64,000 nucleotides of DNA. It comes from Spirochaetales bacterium (GTDB taxonomy: Bacteria > Spirochaetota > Spirochaetia > Treponematales > UBA12059). A model generated the notes under the pieces. The model worked only from the letters and a program-made list of their open reading frames with translations. It did no database searches and was not told where the DNA came from. Position 1 is the stretch's first letter. Each line of letters begins with the position of its first letter. A program made the translations under genes and the position numbers. The stretch covers positions 62,001-126,000 of the forward strand of contig JAFGJV010000004.1 in NCBI GenBank assembly GCA_016928955.1, given 5' to 3'. Shown piece by piece: positions 1 through 10,912 of the stretch.

Positions 1-1
1 C

Positions 2-952
2 GAGAACCTGGACTCAAACGCCGCGTCCATCGAGCGCCAGCTCAACCGTTTCATATCGTTTGACGGCACGACGGCGTACACGGACAACAACAAGAACTGG
101 CTGGCCCGGCTCAACTATATAGATTTCCTGCGGGACATAGGCAGGCATTTCTCCGTCAACCGCATGCTGTCCTTTGAGGCGTACCGCATGCGCATGGAGA
201 CCGGCCTGTCCTTCATCGAGTTCAATTACCAGCTCCTCCAGAGCTACGACTTCCTGGAGCTGTACCGGCGCCACGGCTGCCGCCTGCAGATAGGCGGTGA
301 CGACCAGTGGGGAAACATCGTGGCGGGCATGGAGCTGATACGCCGCGTTGAGGGCGCCGAGGTGTTTGGCCTGACCTTCCCTTTGGTGACCACCAGCGAC
401 GGCAAGAAGATGGGCAAGACAGAAAAGGGCGCCCTGTTCCTGGACCCGGCCATAACCAGCCCCTACGACTTTTTCCAGTACTGGCGCAACGTTACCGACC
501 AGGACGTAGAACGCTTCCTCCTTATGTTCACCTTCCTGCCCACTGACGAGTGCAAGGCGCTGTCGGAGCCCGGGCGCAACGTCAACGAGGCCAAGGAGCG
601 CCTGGCCTGGGAGCTGACCGCCCTTATCCACGGCAAGGACGAGGCCGACAAGGCCCTGGCCGGCGCCAAGGCGGCCTTCGGGGGCGGCGGCGACCGCAGC
701 GCCATGCCCACGGTCTCGTTGCCGCGCTCCAAGTTCGACGCCGGCTACCCGGTTCTGGATCTGTTCGTTGACGCCGGCCTGTCGTCATCCAAGAGCGAGG
801 CCAGGCGCCTGGTGCAGCAGGGCGGGGCAACCGTGGGCGCCGATATCTGGGCTGACGAGAAGACGCCTGTAGGATCTTCAGCCCTGGACGAGGACGGCGA
901 GCTTATCTTGCGCGCGGGCAAGAAGCGCTATGCGCGGGTGGTTACCGGCTGA
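2..952 (+). CDS. tyrS: Tyrosyl-tRNA synthetase (5'-truncated by window edge)
   Basis: FNYQLLQSYDF, LQIGGDDQWGNI, KMGKT (KMSKS-like) and a C-terminal S4 domain (SKSEARRLVQQGG); frame open from window start. Confidence 0.97.
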   Translation, partial: ENLDSNAASIERQLNRFISFDGTTAYTDNNKNWLARLNYIDFLRDIGRHFSVNRMLSFEAYRMRMETGLSFIEFNYQLLQSYDFLELYRRHGCRLQIGGDDQWGNIVAGMELIRRVEGAEVFGLTFPLVTTSDGKKMGKTEKGALFLDPAITSPYDFFQYWRNVTDQDVERFLLMFTFLPTDECKALSEPGRNVNEAKERLAWELTALIHGKDEADKALAGAKAAFGGGGDRSAMPTVSLPRSKFDAGYPVLDLFVDAGLSSSKSEARRLVQQGGATVGADIWADEKTPVGSSALDEDGELILRAGKKRYARVVTG

Positions 953-1137
953 GGCGGCTTCGCGGCCTCGCCGCAGCCCGCTTGTAATCAAGGGGCGGGC
1001 GGGATAAGGTTAGTGCGTATCGATGACAGACCCGCGGAGCGCTGTGCCCGCGGGCGTTCCCACAGGCGGGCCGACTTGTTGGCCCCGCGGCCTTTGGCCG
1101 ACCCGCGTCGCCAGCGCATGGCGAGAGGAGGTTGGTC

Positions 1138-1629
1138 ATGAAAAAAACGTTGATGACAGGACTCCTGATCGTGGCCCTGCTCCTGGCTTTGGCCCATCCC
1201 GTGGCCGCCCAGGAAGCCGAGTCCGCGTCCTTGAGGGAGGGCAGGATCGGGGCGGGAGCCTATTTCAGCCTTGGCCGCCTTTTGGACGACCCGGTGGCCA
1301 TAGCCGGGGCGGCGTTTGAGTACGGCGTGGTGGACCGCTCGACCCTGGGAATCGGCTACGCGTATCTGGACGGCTACCTTATGCAGGCAGACTGCCTGGA
1401 GGCGTACGCCAGGGTGTATGTTCTCAACGGGGCGCTGGGCCTGTATCTCAGACCGTCCATCTTGATCATAGGCTGGGGAACGGAAACCATGGACGCCGTG
1501 TTCGACCTGGGCGCAGGAATAGAGTGGCAAAGCCCCTGGCTTGTGTACGCGGCTGTGCAGGCAACGGTCCTCTTCCAGAACGACGGGCGCGGCTATATGG
1601 TGGGCGCCTGCCTGGGGCTTAGGCTGTGA
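1138..1629 (+). CDS. Exported hypothetical protein, possible small outer-membrane beta-barrel
   Basis: GAGGAGG RBS; MKK+hydrophobic+AxA signal peptide; alternating aromatic/Gly beta-strand pattern; ends LGLRL. Confidence 0.6.
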   Translation: MKKTLMTGLLIVALLLALAHPVAAQEAESASLREGRIGAGAYFSLGRLLDDPVAIAGAAFEYGVVDRSTLGIGYAYLDGYLMQADCLEAYARVYVLNGALGLYLRPSILIIGWGTETMDAVFDLGAGIEWQSPWLVYAAVQATVLFQNDGRGYMVGACLGLRL

Positions 1630-2630
1630 GCAGAAAGGCCCTCTTCCTGGGCGGCACGGGTAATCTGTCGCGGGACGCCGCCCTGCGGGCCTTGGACGAG
1701 GGCTGGGAACTGTGGCTTGCCAACCGGGGTACATCAAACCGGGACGTGGCCGGCGCGCGGACGTTGAGCGTTGACGCCAGGGACTCAGACGCTCTCAGGC
1801 AGGCACTCAAGGATGGCGCCTGGGACTCCGTTGTCGATTTCATATCCTACCAGCCTGCCCATGTGCGCGCCGTGCTTGGCGCCCTGGGGAACGTCGGCCA
1901 GTACGTGTTCATATCCAGCGCGTCCTGCTACCACAAACCGCCGCTGGGCGGTCCGATTCGGGAAGACACGCCCCTGGCCAACCCGTTCTGGGCGTACTCT
2001 CGGGATAAAATCCGGTGTGAGGAAGCGCTCAACGCCTACGCGCGCGCGCCAGGCTCAGTTCCGGTCACCGTGGTGCGCCCCTCGCACACGTACGGAGAAA
2101 CCTGGATACCTTCCATCTTCGGTTCGGCCAGTTTTGCCGCTGCGGCGCGGCTCCTGGCAGGCAAGCCCATGCTGGTGCACGGTGACGGAACGGCCCGTTG
2201 GACGCTCACCCACGCGCGCGATTTTGCCGTGGGACTGGTGGGCGTCATGGGCAACAACGGGGCCCATGGCCAGGCCGTGCACATAACGGGCGACAGCGCC
2301 CCTACCTGGACGGATATATATAGGACCCTGGGCAGGCTCCTGGGCGCAGAGGCAAGCTTTGCCTTTGTGCCGGCTGATTTTATAGCCGAGCAGGATCCGG
2401 GCTTTGCCGAGCGCTTGCTTGGCGACAAGGGCTGGGACACGGTTTTTGACAACACAAAACTCAAGGCCCTGGTGCCTGGCTTTTCAAGTTCCGTCACCCT
2501 GGAACAAGGATTGGCGGAATCCCTGGCCTACTACCGGGCTCATCCCGAGCTGATGGTGGGCGACCCCGGTCTGGATGTGCGCCTGGACGCTGTCATTGCT
2601 GCGTGGCGTTCCGCTTTGGCCCGAGGGTAA
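1626..2630 (+). CDS. NAD-dependent epimerase/dehydratase (extended SDR)
   Basis: GGTGNLS Rossmann motif, YVFISSAS, YSRDK (YxxxK), VRPSHTYG; GTGA overlap with upstream stop. Confidence 0.9.
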   Translation: MSRKALFLGGTGNLSRDAALRALDEGWELWLANRGTSNRDVAGARTLSVDARDSDALRQALKDGAWDSVVDFISYQPAHVRAVLGALGNVGQYVFISSASCYHKPPLGGPIREDTPLANPFWAYSRDKIRCEEALNAYARAPGSVPVTVVRPSHTYGETWIPSIFGSASFAAAARLLAGKPMLVHGDGTARWTLTHARDFAVGLVGVMGNNGAHGQAVHITGDSAPTWTDIYRTLGRLLGAEASFAFVPADFIAEQDPGFAERLLGDKGWDTVFDNTKLKALVPGFSSSVTLEQGLAESLAYYRAHPELMVGDPGLDVRLDAVIAAWRSALARG

Positions 2631-4365
2631 ACGTCCATGTGGTGCCGCCTTCCCGGCTGATAGCCCAGCTGGCGCCAACCTGGCTGGACAGGGACACGAT
2701 CAACTGCATGCCCAGCGAATCCGACGTAGCCGGATCAATGGATTCCGGGAGGCCTGGCCCGTTGTCGCTGAGCACCATGCACAGGCCCCTGTCGTCCGTG
2801 GGGCGTATGGCCACGCCCAGGACGGGGTCTCTATCGTTGTCGGGGAACGCGTATTTCACCGAATTGGTCAGCACCTCGTTGATGATCAGGCCGCAGGGTA
2901 TGGCCACGTCTATGTCCACGCGCACAGGCTCGAGGTCCAGGTTGAGCGACGGCTCCCGTCCGTTCGTGGTGTAGGACGACACGAGCCACTGCACGATGGT
3001 GCGCGTGTAGTCCGACAGGTCCACGTGGGAAAGGTCGCCGGCCTCGTACAGAAGCTCGTGGATGGTGGCCATCACGCGTATGCGGTCTATCGAATCTGAG
3101 AACAGAGCGTCGCCGTCCGGCATGCCAGACGAGCGCAGGGTCAAGAGACTGACCACCAGCTGGAAGTTGTTCTTGACCCGGTGGTGGATTTCCTTGAGGA
3201 GGATCTCCTTTTCCTCAAGCGACGCGGCCAGCCGTTTGGCGTTTTCCGAGCGCTCGAGCTCCCGGGCGCGCACCAGTTCGGCCATGTTGTCCAGCGCGGC
3301 CGCTATGCGCCCGAGGTCCGAGTGGTCGTCTGGCAGATCCACCCGTGCGTCCAGCTGGCCTGAGCCTATGCGGGCCGTCGTGTCCAGGATCTTGGTCAGC
3401 CTGCGGCCGAACATGCGGTCCGTCAACACGCTCGAGAGGAACAGGGCAAAGGCGGCTACCACGACCATGATGACTATGTTCCGTGTCAGCTGGGTCCGGC
3501 TCCTTGCCAGGATGTTGTCCAATGCGGAGGCGTACACAATATACATATACGGAAACTCGTCGCCGGGCAGGGTGAGGGCGCGGAAGGCGAAAAAGCGCTT
3601 GATGCCGTCTGAGCCTTCTTCAATGAAGGTGCCGGACCCGCCGGAATTTTTGAGGATTTCCCAGACGCTGGCCTTGATGGGCTCCCCAACGGGATTGCTG
3701 TCCTTGGGCGGGTAGTGGTAGAGGCGTATGCCGTGGTAGTCGGTCAAGCCAAGAAAGGCGTTCGGCTCCAGCCTGATGGTTTCGAACAAGGCAGAATAGG
3801 ACTTGAGCTTGTATACGGCCGTCTGGACGCCCCAGAGGGTGCCGTCGGACTTGAACAGGGGCATGGCAAAGGGCATGGCCGGTTCGCTGAGCACGCGGCC
3901 TATGGTGAACTGGCCGCTGGCAAAACGCCCCGTGTCCACGGCGCGCTTGATGTGAAGCCGGTCAGACAGGTCCTCGCCGGGAGTGAGGAGGGACGACGCA
4001 ACAACGATGCCCCGCGTGTCAGTAGCCGTGAAGTTCAGGTATTCGGGATACTCGGTATGGACGGCTTTGAGAACCTCATCCATGTGCGCCGTGTCCGCGG
4101 TCCGGAAGGCGGGGAACGACGCGAGCGTGGACAGGAGCTGCTGGGTGGCATCGGTAGCCCTGGACTGCAGTTCGGCCAGGGTCTCCACCTGCCTGACTAT
4201 CTCGGCGCGGGCCTGGTCTGCCACGTCCCGGCTGCGTTCAACGCCGGTCAGCACGATGATGACCAAGGCCGGCGCCATGGACAGGAGCACGCTGATGAGG
4301 AGGGCGCCGCGCACGGACGGCACAAAGTGGCGGGTGGCGCGGGTAGCTGGCGCTGACTTTCTCAT
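2593..4365 (-). CDS. Membrane sensor histidine kinase (dCache-HAMP-HisKA_2/HATPase)
   Basis: Two TM helices, Cache-like periplasmic region, HAMP, LKEIHHRVKNNFQ H-box, NEVLTNSVKYAF, DNGPGLP, SLGMQLI. Confidence 0.92.
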   Translation of the reverse strand: MRKSAPATRATRHFVPSVRGALLISVLLSMAPALVIIVLTGVERSRDVADQARAEIVRQVETLAELQSRATDATQQLLSTLASFPAFRTADTAHMDEVLKAVHTEYPEYLNFTATDTRGIVVASSLLTPGEDLSDRLHIKRAVDTGRFASGQFTIGRVLSEPAMPFAMPLFKSDGTLWGVQTAVYKLKSYSALFETIRLEPNAFLGLTDYHGIRLYHYPPKDSNPVGEPIKASVWEILKNSGGSGTFIEEGSDGIKRFFAFRALTLPGDEFPYMYIVYASALDNILARSRTQLTRNIVIMVVVAAFALFLSSVLTDRMFGRRLTKILDTTARIGSGQLDARVDLPDDHSDLGRIAAALDNMAELVRARELERSENAKRLAASLEEKEILLKEIHHRVKNNFQLVVSLLTLRSSGMPDGDALFSDSIDRIRVMATIHELLYEAGDLSHVDLSDYTRTIVQWLVSSYTTNGREPSLNLDLEPVRVDIDVAIPCGLIINEVLTNSVKYAFPDNDRDPVLGVAIRPTDDRGLCMVLSDNGPGLPESIDPATSDSLGMQLIVSLSSQVGASWAISREGGTTWTFTLGPKRNATQQ

Positions 4366-4548
4366 GCTCGTTGGACTGTCCTCTTCCGTCCATGGCTGTC
4401 TCAGCCATGGAATCTGTGCCTCAAAGTATCGCCGATGGCGAAAAAAGCCGCAAGCTCGTTTTGCCTTGCGGGTGCTTAAAAAACATCAGTTTCATGGCTT
4501 CCGCCAGGTACTTGCATAGGACCTGTGTTCCGGCCTACCGTGCCTGCC

Positions 4549-6018
4549 ATGCTCCGTCTTTCCACGGCTGTGCGCCGCATACGATTCACACGTGCACGCG
4601 CCCTTGTTTTCTCGGCTTTTGCCGCGCTCATGGTGTCATCCTGCGGGCAGGGCCTGGCCCTGGATACGCAGGGCATGGACCCGGAACTGGCCGACTGGCT
4701 TGAGCGCGGTCTCTTTGCTTCCACATCGGAAGGGGGAGCCGGATTGCGCCGGGAACGGGAAGGCGCTCGCTACACCCTTGCGATTGCTGACGGGAACACG
4801 CGCGGAACTACGGCGTGGCTGGTGGGCCGTACCTGGCAGGTTCCGGTAGCCGATTACTTGTCGGGACGCGTGTCCGTAACGCTGGACGAGTGCTTGGACG
4901 GCAGCCTGGCTCTGGCTGAATGGGATGCCATTCCGGACGGCATGCTGGGGCTGGCCGTGGACGGTCTGTATCCAGGCGATCCTGGCTATCCCCTGGTCAA
5001 GGAAACCTGGCTGGAGCTCAGGGGAGACGGTAACGGCGTAAGCCTGGTAGCCGACAAACTGGATGCCGTCCTCCGCGAGATGGCAGTGCCAACAGCCCCG
5101 GACCTTGTGTGGGTGGCGGCCGTGGGGGATCTGATGCTTGAGCGCGGCGTTGGCCGACTGTTAGCGCATGAGGGCCCGCAGGCTGTTTTTGGCGGGGCGG
5201 CGGACATGCTGGCGGCCGCAGACCTGGCCGTGGCCAACCTGGAGGGAGCCCTCAGCGCGAGGGGTACGCCCGAGAACAAGGCGTACACCTTCAGGTCGGA
5301 TCCGGCATACGCGGCCAGCCTGGCAACGGCCGGCTTTGACGCCCTTCTGGTGGCCAACAACCACGCCTGGGACTGGGGACAGGTCGCCTTTCTGGATACC
5401 CTGGACCACATACGGGCGGCGGGCATGGTCCCCCTGGGCGCTGGGAGGAATCTTGCTGAAGCCGCATGCCCGGCCGAGTATGTGGTCGGTGACCGTACTG
5501 TGCGGCTATACGGCATAGCGTCCTATCCGGTAGAGACACGTGGTTGGGACGGTTCGCGGGTGGCGGCAGGAGCTGACACACCGGGCATTGCGTGGGCCGC
5601 GTCGGGCGGAGCGGACGCCATCAAGGCTGCGTTTTCGCCAGAAGCCCTAGATATAGTGTTCTTCCACGGCGGCGGCGAGTGGACCACAGGCCCGGACAGA
5701 CATACCATGGAACGGTACCGCGGCCTTGTAGACGCGGGAGCGGACGCGGTCGTGGGATCGCACCCGCACGTGGTGCACGGCATGGAACTGCGCGGGGGAA
5801 AACCCATCCTCTGGTCCGTGGGCAATTTCGCCTTCGCGGGCATGCAAGGCACGCCGGGCGGGCAGGACGGCCTCTTGGCGCTGATGGGCTTTGCCGGGGG
5901 GCGGCTCCTGTTTCTTCGGCCTCACGCCCTGCGGTTGGACGGACCCCGCGTCGACCGTGCGGACGATGCAGCCCTGGAAACGTTTTGGCTACGGTCCAGG
6001 GCGCTTGCCGGAGGCTAA
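4549..6018 (+). CDS. CapA/PGA_cap family metallophosphatase-fold protein, possible lipoprotein
   Basis: AVGDLML, ANLEG, ANNHAWD, FFHGGGE, GSHPHV, SVGNF motifs; VSSC lipobox-like; start uncertain. Confidence 0.85.
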   Translation: MLRLSTAVRRIRFTRARALVFSAFAALMVSSCGQGLALDTQGMDPELADWLERGLFASTSEGGAGLRREREGARYTLAIADGNTRGTTAWLVGRTWQVPVADYLSGRVSVTLDECLDGSLALAEWDAIPDGMLGLAVDGLYPGDPGYPLVKETWLELRGDGNGVSLVADKLDAVLREMAVPTAPDLVWVAAVGDLMLERGVGRLLAHEGPQAVFGGAADMLAAADLAVANLEGALSARGTPENKAYTFRSDPAYAASLATAGFDALLVANNHAWDWGQVAFLDTLDHIRAAGMVPLGAGRNLAEAACPAEYVVGDRTVRLYGIASYPVETRGWDGSRVAAGADTPGIAWAASGGADAIKAAFSPEALDIVFFHGGGEWTTGPDRHTMERYRGLVDAGADAVVGSHPHVVHGMELRGGKPILWSVGNFAFAGMQGTPGGQDGLLALMGFAGGRLLFLRPHALRLDGPRVDRADDAALETFWLRSRALAGG

Positions 6019-6057
6019 CAGCTTGCCGGCAAAGCCTGATGCTGTGCCAGACGCCCG

Positions 6058-7692
6058 CTAAATCTCGGCTATCACGTGGCCGTGGTACAGTTCGTCGCGC
6101 AGAACCTTGACCTGCTCGTCGCGCAGGTAGTCGTCAAAGCTCATCATGCGGTCTATCACGCCGCCGGGACACAGCTCGACGATGCGGTTGGCTATCGAGG
6201 TGACGAACTCGTGGTCGTGGCTGGTGAACAGAACGACGCCCGGAAACTCGATAAGGCCGTTGTTCAGGGCGGTGATGGCCTCAAGGTCCAGGTGGTTGGT
6301 CGGCTCGTCCAGGATAAGGCAGTTGGCGCTCTGGAGCATCATGCGCGACAGGAGGCAGCGGACTTTCTCGCCGCCTGACAGGACGCGCACGGGCTTAAGA
6401 GCCTCGTCGCCGGAGAACAGCATGCGGCCCAGGAAGCTGCGGATGTACGTCTCGTCGTCGCTCGTGGTCCAGCGCTTGAGCCACTCGACGATGGAGTCGT
6501 CGTTGTCAAAGAGCTCGGCGTTTTCCTTGGGAAAGTATGACGAACTCATGGTCTGTCCCCAGTAGAACTCGCCTTCGTAGTCTTTGTCCTCTCCTGCCAG
6601 GATCCGGAACAAGGCTGTTTTGGACAGATGCTCGCGGCCCACAAAGGCCACTTTGTCTCCGCGGTTCACCATCAGGTCCAGGCCGGACAGCAGGGTTTTC
6701 CCGTCCACCGCCTTGCTCAGGTTCTGGATGCGCAGGACGTTGTTGCCCGGATCGCGCTCGGGCTTGAAACCCACCCAGGGAAAGCGGCGGCTGGTGGGCT
6801 GGAGCTCGTCAACCTCGAGCTTCTCAAGGACTTTCTTGCGGCTGGTGGCCTGCCTGCTTTTGGACGCGTTGGACGCAAAGCGCTGGATGAATTCCTTGAG
6901 GTCTTTGACCTTCTCGTCGCGACGCTTTTTCTCGTCCTTCATCTGCTGCTGGAGCATGCGGCTGACCTTGTACCAGAAATCGTAGTTGCCCGGGTACATG
7001 CGTATGTGACCGTAGTCTATGTCGCAGGTGTGCGTGCATACGGCGTTGAGGAAATGCCGGTCGTGGGACACCACGATGACGATGTTGGGGAAATCTATCA
7101 GGAAATCCTCCAGCCAGGATATGCTGTCAAGGTCCAGGCCGTTGGTAGGCTCGTCCAAGAGGAGGATGTCGGGGTTGCCGAACAGGGCGCGGGCCAGAAG
7201 CGCGCGTACCTTGACCGACTCGGACACTTCCTTCATGAGCTTCTCGTGGTCGCTTTCGGTCACGCCCAGGCCGGACAGCAGGATGGATGCCTGGGCCTCG
7301 GCTTCCCAGCCGCCCATTTCCGCGAACTCGCCCTCAAGCTCGCTTGCCCGCAGGCCGTCAGCCTCGGTGAAGTCGGCCTTCTCGTAGATGGCCTCGCGTT
7401 CCTTCATGATGGAGTACAGCTTGGGATAGCCGGATACCACCACGTCCAGGATCCTGTGCTCCTCAAAGGCAAAATGGTCCTGGGACAGGACGGCCATGCG
7501 GAGCTGGGGCGGGTAGGTGATCTCTCCCCGGTCAACCTCAAGCTCGCCGGACAGGAGCTTAAGAAAGGTGGATTTTCCCGCGCCGTTGGCGCCTATGATG
7601 CCGTAGCAGTTGCCCGGCGTGAACTTAAGGCTTACGTCCTTGAAGAGGACGCGCTCGCCAAAGCCGAGAGCCACGTCTATGACATTGATCAT
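6058..7692 (-). CDS. ABC-F family ATPase (YbiT/YkpA-like)
   Basis: Two ABC domains (GANGAGKST, LLLDEPTN, LSGGEK, LILDEPTNHLD), no TM helices; start set at MINVIDV. Confidence 0.93.
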   Translation of the reverse strand: MINVIDVALGFGERVLFKDVSLKFTPGNCYGIIGANGAGKSTFLKLLSGELEVDRGEITYPPQLRMAVLSQDHFAFEEHRILDVVVSGYPKLYSIMKEREAIYEKADFTEADGLRASELEGEFAEMGGWEAEAQASILLSGLGVTESDHEKLMKEVSESVKVRALLARALFGNPDILLLDEPTNGLDLDSISWLEDFLIDFPNIVIVVSHDRHFLNAVCTHTCDIDYGHIRMYPGNYDFWYKVSRMLQQQMKDEKKRRDEKVKDLKEFIQRFASNASKSRQATSRKKVLEKLEVDELQPTSRRFPWVGFKPERDPGNNVLRIQNLSKAVDGKTLLSGLDLMVNRGDKVAFVGREHLSKTALFRILAGEDKDYEGEFYWGQTMSSSYFPKENAELFDNDDSIVEWLKRWTTSDDETYIRSFLGRMLFSGDEALKPVRVLSGGEKVRCLLSRMMLQSANCLILDEPTNHLDLEAITALNNGLIEFPGVVLFTSHDHEFVTSIANRIVELCPGGVIDRMMSFDDYLRDEQVKVLRDELYHGHVIAEI

Positions 7693-7837
7693 TGCGGTAT
7701 CCTTGAGGGCGGTATGTCGGGGTTCAGCCGCGGATAATGGCATAAAACCGCAAAAAACGCAATAAGACACAGGGGGGACAGCCAGAAATCATACTCCGCT
7801 GGGCGCATGGCGGCCGGTATTGCTTGGCCCGAACGCG

Positions 7838-8923
7838 TCAAGGCGACGACAATGCGGCTTCACCCAGCTCTTTGGCCAGAAGCTCCTTGACCGTCAGTTT
7901 GGCAGAGCGCGCGCGCCGCGCGCAGTCCACCATGCTGGCCACAAATTCTGTCAGGCTGCCGGCCGACTTTTCCTCGAACCAGCGACGGTAGAGGGACAGG
8001 TCCTCCTCGTACAGGCGGTACAGGTCCAGGTAGGCGTTGTTGATACCCGCCATGTCGAAGCCAGAGTATGCCTGGTTGGAAAACAGATCGGGCGCCACTT
8101 CCTTGAAACGCCCGGCGCGCTCCTGGATGACAAGCTCCTTCTCTGCCAGTTTTTCTTCCCTGGACAGGTCCTCTCGGCTGTACACGGCATCCAGCAAGGA
8201 AGCCGTTTCCTTAAGGTAGTCGGCAAAAAGCCTTGCGTCCGCGGATCGTTCCAGGCGTCGCCTCAGCTGTGGAGAGCCGGGGCCATACCGGTCCTCAAGA
8301 AACGCCTCGGCGGCCACGCGCCCCACAAAGGTGGCGAATTCCTCGTTGAACTGGTCCTGGCCTTTGACAAACAGGGTGGCGTGGGCAGATTCGTGGAGTA
8401 TGATCTCAGCCAGCACGTCCTCGTCGTAATCAAGCATGAAGGAGTACAGCGGGTCTCGGAAAAAGCCCAGGCTCGAAAAGGCGTCCACCTTGCGTATGAT
8501 GACGTCCAGGCCGGCTTCCTTGAGCCGCCTGGCTTCCTCCTCGGCGTCTTCCCGGTCATAGAAGCCGCGGTAGGGCAGGTTCCCGAGGAGGGGGTATTTC
8601 CAGTAATGCCGGGAGAAGGCGTCGGACGCGCAGGCGGACACCACGTCGGCCACGTAGTCCTGGTCCAGCGTAACGTAGCTGGTGTAGTTCTTGGTCGGCG
8701 TGAGGCCGACGCGCTCGGTGCCGAACGAGCGTATGTCGTTGACCAGGGCCAGGAAATCCCGCAGGCGCTGGTCCGTGTCAGGATCGGCCGATAGCTTGGC
8801 CGTGCTCTTTGCGCCGGCGCGCTCGGACAGGTAGCGTCCGCCCTGCTTGGTATACCAGCACGACGCGCTTGCCATGCACAGGCAGCATGCGAGCACGAGC
8901 GTCGCTTTGCGTCTCTTGATCAT
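7838..8923 (-). CDS. Putative zinc aminopeptidase (Aminopep family), lipoprotein-like
   Basis: ASCWY N-terminus, PYRGFY, AFSSLGFFRDP, ILHESAH (HExxH) followed by FNEEFA. Confidence 0.85.
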   Translation of the reverse strand: MIKRRKATLVLACCLCMASASCWYTKQGGRYLSERAGAKSTAKLSADPDTDQRLRDFLALVNDIRSFGTERVGLTPTKNYTSYVTLDQDYVADVVSACASDAFSRHYWKYPLLGNLPYRGFYDREDAEEEARRLKEAGLDVIIRKVDAFSSLGFFRDPLYSFMLDYDEDVLAEIILHESAHATLFVKGQDQFNEEFATFVGRVAAEAFLEDRYGPGSPQLRRRLERSADARLFADYLKETASLLDAVYSREDLSREEKLAEKELVIQERAGRFKEVAPDLFSNQAYSGFDMAGINNAYLDLYRLYEEDLSLYRRWFEEKSAGSLTEFVASMVDCARRARSAKLTVKELLAKELGEAALSSP

Positions 8924-9001
8924 GGAGCCCAGTATAGCATGGACAGGCCTTGGCTGGGGGCGCTTGCCGCCGCGGCCGTGAGGGGCGTACAATTGCCCAC
9001 C

Positions 9002-10219
9002 ATGAGCAATTCCAGTATCCGCCGAGAGCGCGTGCCGCTTATCCACGACAATCACAGCCACGTAAGCCTGTACGCGGCGCTGGCGTCCTGCCCGGACATC
9101 TCGGGCCTGCACCCGCCAGAAGCTATGCGGCTTTTGCGCAGCCTTCCCGCGGACAGCCTGAGCGTGGTACGGGGCTGGCGCACCAACGAGCTTCCGGTAG
9201 GTCCCGCCGATCTGGCATCCCTGCCGCCGGTGCTGCTCATCAACTTCAGCCTGCACGGGTTTGCCCTGAGCGACGCGGCCTTGCCGTACCTGTCGGAAGC
9301 CGTGCCGGACCTGGTGGAGCACAAGGACGACGCTTCCTGGCGGGAGGCCAACGTGCCGCGCCTGTTCGATGCCTACTGCGGCCTGTCGGGCGTCACGCCT
9401 GACAGGGTGGACGCGTTCATGGACGGCCTCCTTCCTTTGGGCGTGGGTTCCACCGAGGACATGGCCGTGGCCAACCCCGAGTCCCTGGCGGCTATGAGGA
9501 ATTCCGGATCAGCGGCCAGAATCCGCTCGTACGCCACGCCGGCCGCCTTTATGGCTATGTCGGCCGAAGAGCGCTCAGCCTGTGACGGCGTCAAGCTGTT
9601 TCTGGACGGATCCATCGGAGCGCGCACGGCCGGCGTACGGGGACCTTGGCTCGGGGGTGGAGCGGCCGTGCTGGCCTATCGGAACGAAGAGCTGGACGGA
9701 GAACTGTCCCGGATCGCGTCTTGGAAGACGGACGCGTCCATCCACGCCATCGGCGAGCTGGCCATAGAGCAGGCCCTGGATTCCCTTGAGCGCCTCCGGA
9801 AAAACGGCGCGGTCTTTCCCCTGGTCCGCCTGGAGCACGCACAGTTCATAAGCGAGGAGCAGGGACGGCGAGCTAGGGACCTGGGACTCGTCTTGTCCAT
9901 GCAGCCCAATTTTTCATCAGACTCGGAATGCTACGCCGACAGGCTTCCGGCCGCATATCTTGAGAACAACAATCCCTTCCGCATGCTGATAGACCGTGTG
10001 GGCTTTGTGCCAGGCACGGATCTCATATTCGGCTCTGACGGCATGCCCCACGGACTTGCGTATCCGGCCACGCTGTCGCTGTTTCCGCCCTTTCCCGTAC
10101 AGCGCCTGAGCCTGTCAGAACTGCTGGCAGGTTACGGGCCAGCCCGCGGCATGGACGGCGTCGTCGTCTTGGAAATCGACGACCAGGCCCGCCAGGTTCG
10201 GGTGATGGAGGAATCCTGA
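9002..10219 (+). CDS. Amidohydrolase_3 family metal-dependent hydrolase
   Basis: HDNHSH, KLFLDGSIGARTA, IHAIGE, RLEHAQ, SMQPNF, FGSDG. Confidence 0.88.
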   Translation: MSNSSIRRERVPLIHDNHSHVSLYAALASCPDISGLHPPEAMRLLRSLPADSLSVVRGWRTNELPVGPADLASLPPVLLINFSLHGFALSDAALPYLSEAVPDLVEHKDDASWREANVPRLFDAYCGLSGVTPDRVDAFMDGLLPLGVGSTEDMAVANPESLAAMRNSGSAARIRSYATPAAFMAMSAEERSACDGVKLFLDGSIGARTAGVRGPWLGGGAAVLAYRNEELDGELSRIASWKTDASIHAIGELAIEQALDSLERLRKNGAVFPLVRLEHAQFISEEQGRRARDLGLVLSMQPNFSSDSECYADRLPAAYLENNNPFRMLIDRVGFVPGTDLIFGSDGMPHGLAYPATLSLFPPFPVQRLSLSELLAGYGPARGMDGVVVLEIDDQARQVRVMEES

Positions 10220-10228
10220 CGGGAAGCG

Positions 10229-10828
10229 TCATTTCCCGAACAGGAACACCGCGCCTTCCGTCCGGTCCCGTTTCTGGATCTCGACGCTCCAGAAGTGCCG
10301 CTCGTTTTCCTCGATCTGGACGGTTTCCGTTTTGGCTATGTAGCGCCTGAACACGCTGAAATTTTCCGTGTGGAAGTGGATGACGCGGCCGAGCTCACCG
10401 CCTAGGTCCTCGGCCAGGAGTGGTATGCCCTCAGTGTCCAGGAATTCACGTATGAAACGGGCGTTCACATCGGATATGCACAGGAAGTTGTCGTGCGTCT
10501 CGCTCTCCAGTATGCGGCCTGCGCCAAAGGCCTTGGCTTTCAGGCGACGCTTGTCGGCGCCGCGCTTGAGCATGTCGTTGATCAGGAGCTCCATGGCCTG
10601 TATGCCGTAGCGGCCGGCCTCGGTGACGTTGACGGGCATGTCCTTGGCGTAGCGGCGGTTGGCCAGGAGAAAATGGTTCATGCCGGCAAGGCCGGCCGCC
10701 TCGTCGTACAGGCAGGCCGCAACGCAGGACCCGAGCAGGGTCTGTAGTACGGGACCTCGCGCTACCACGGTGTGTTCGCCCGGCTTGAGGATGATGCGCT
10801 CGTGCAGGGGCGGTGCCCGGTAGGCCAT
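10229..10828 (-). CDS. cheD: Chemoreceptor glutamine deamidase CheD
   Basis: TLLGSCVAACLYD, GMNHFLL, RYG..AMELLIN, AKAFG, EDLGG. Confidence 0.93.
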   Translation of the reverse strand: MAYRAPPLHERIILKPGEHTVVARGPVLQTLLGSCVAACLYDEAAGLAGMNHFLLANRRYAKDMPVNVTEAGRYGIQAMELLINDMLKRGADKRRLKAKAFGAGRILESETHDNFLCISDVNARFIREFLDTEGIPLLAEDLGGELGRVIHFHTENFSVFRRYIAKTETVQIEENERHFWSVEIQKRDRTEGAVFLFGK

Positions 10829-10912
10829 GGTTACTTTTTCCTTCCATGGCAAGTATAGGGCGGGAGAAACCTGGGCGCAACCGGCGGGGGGGCGTCTGTC
10901 GGGACGTTCCGG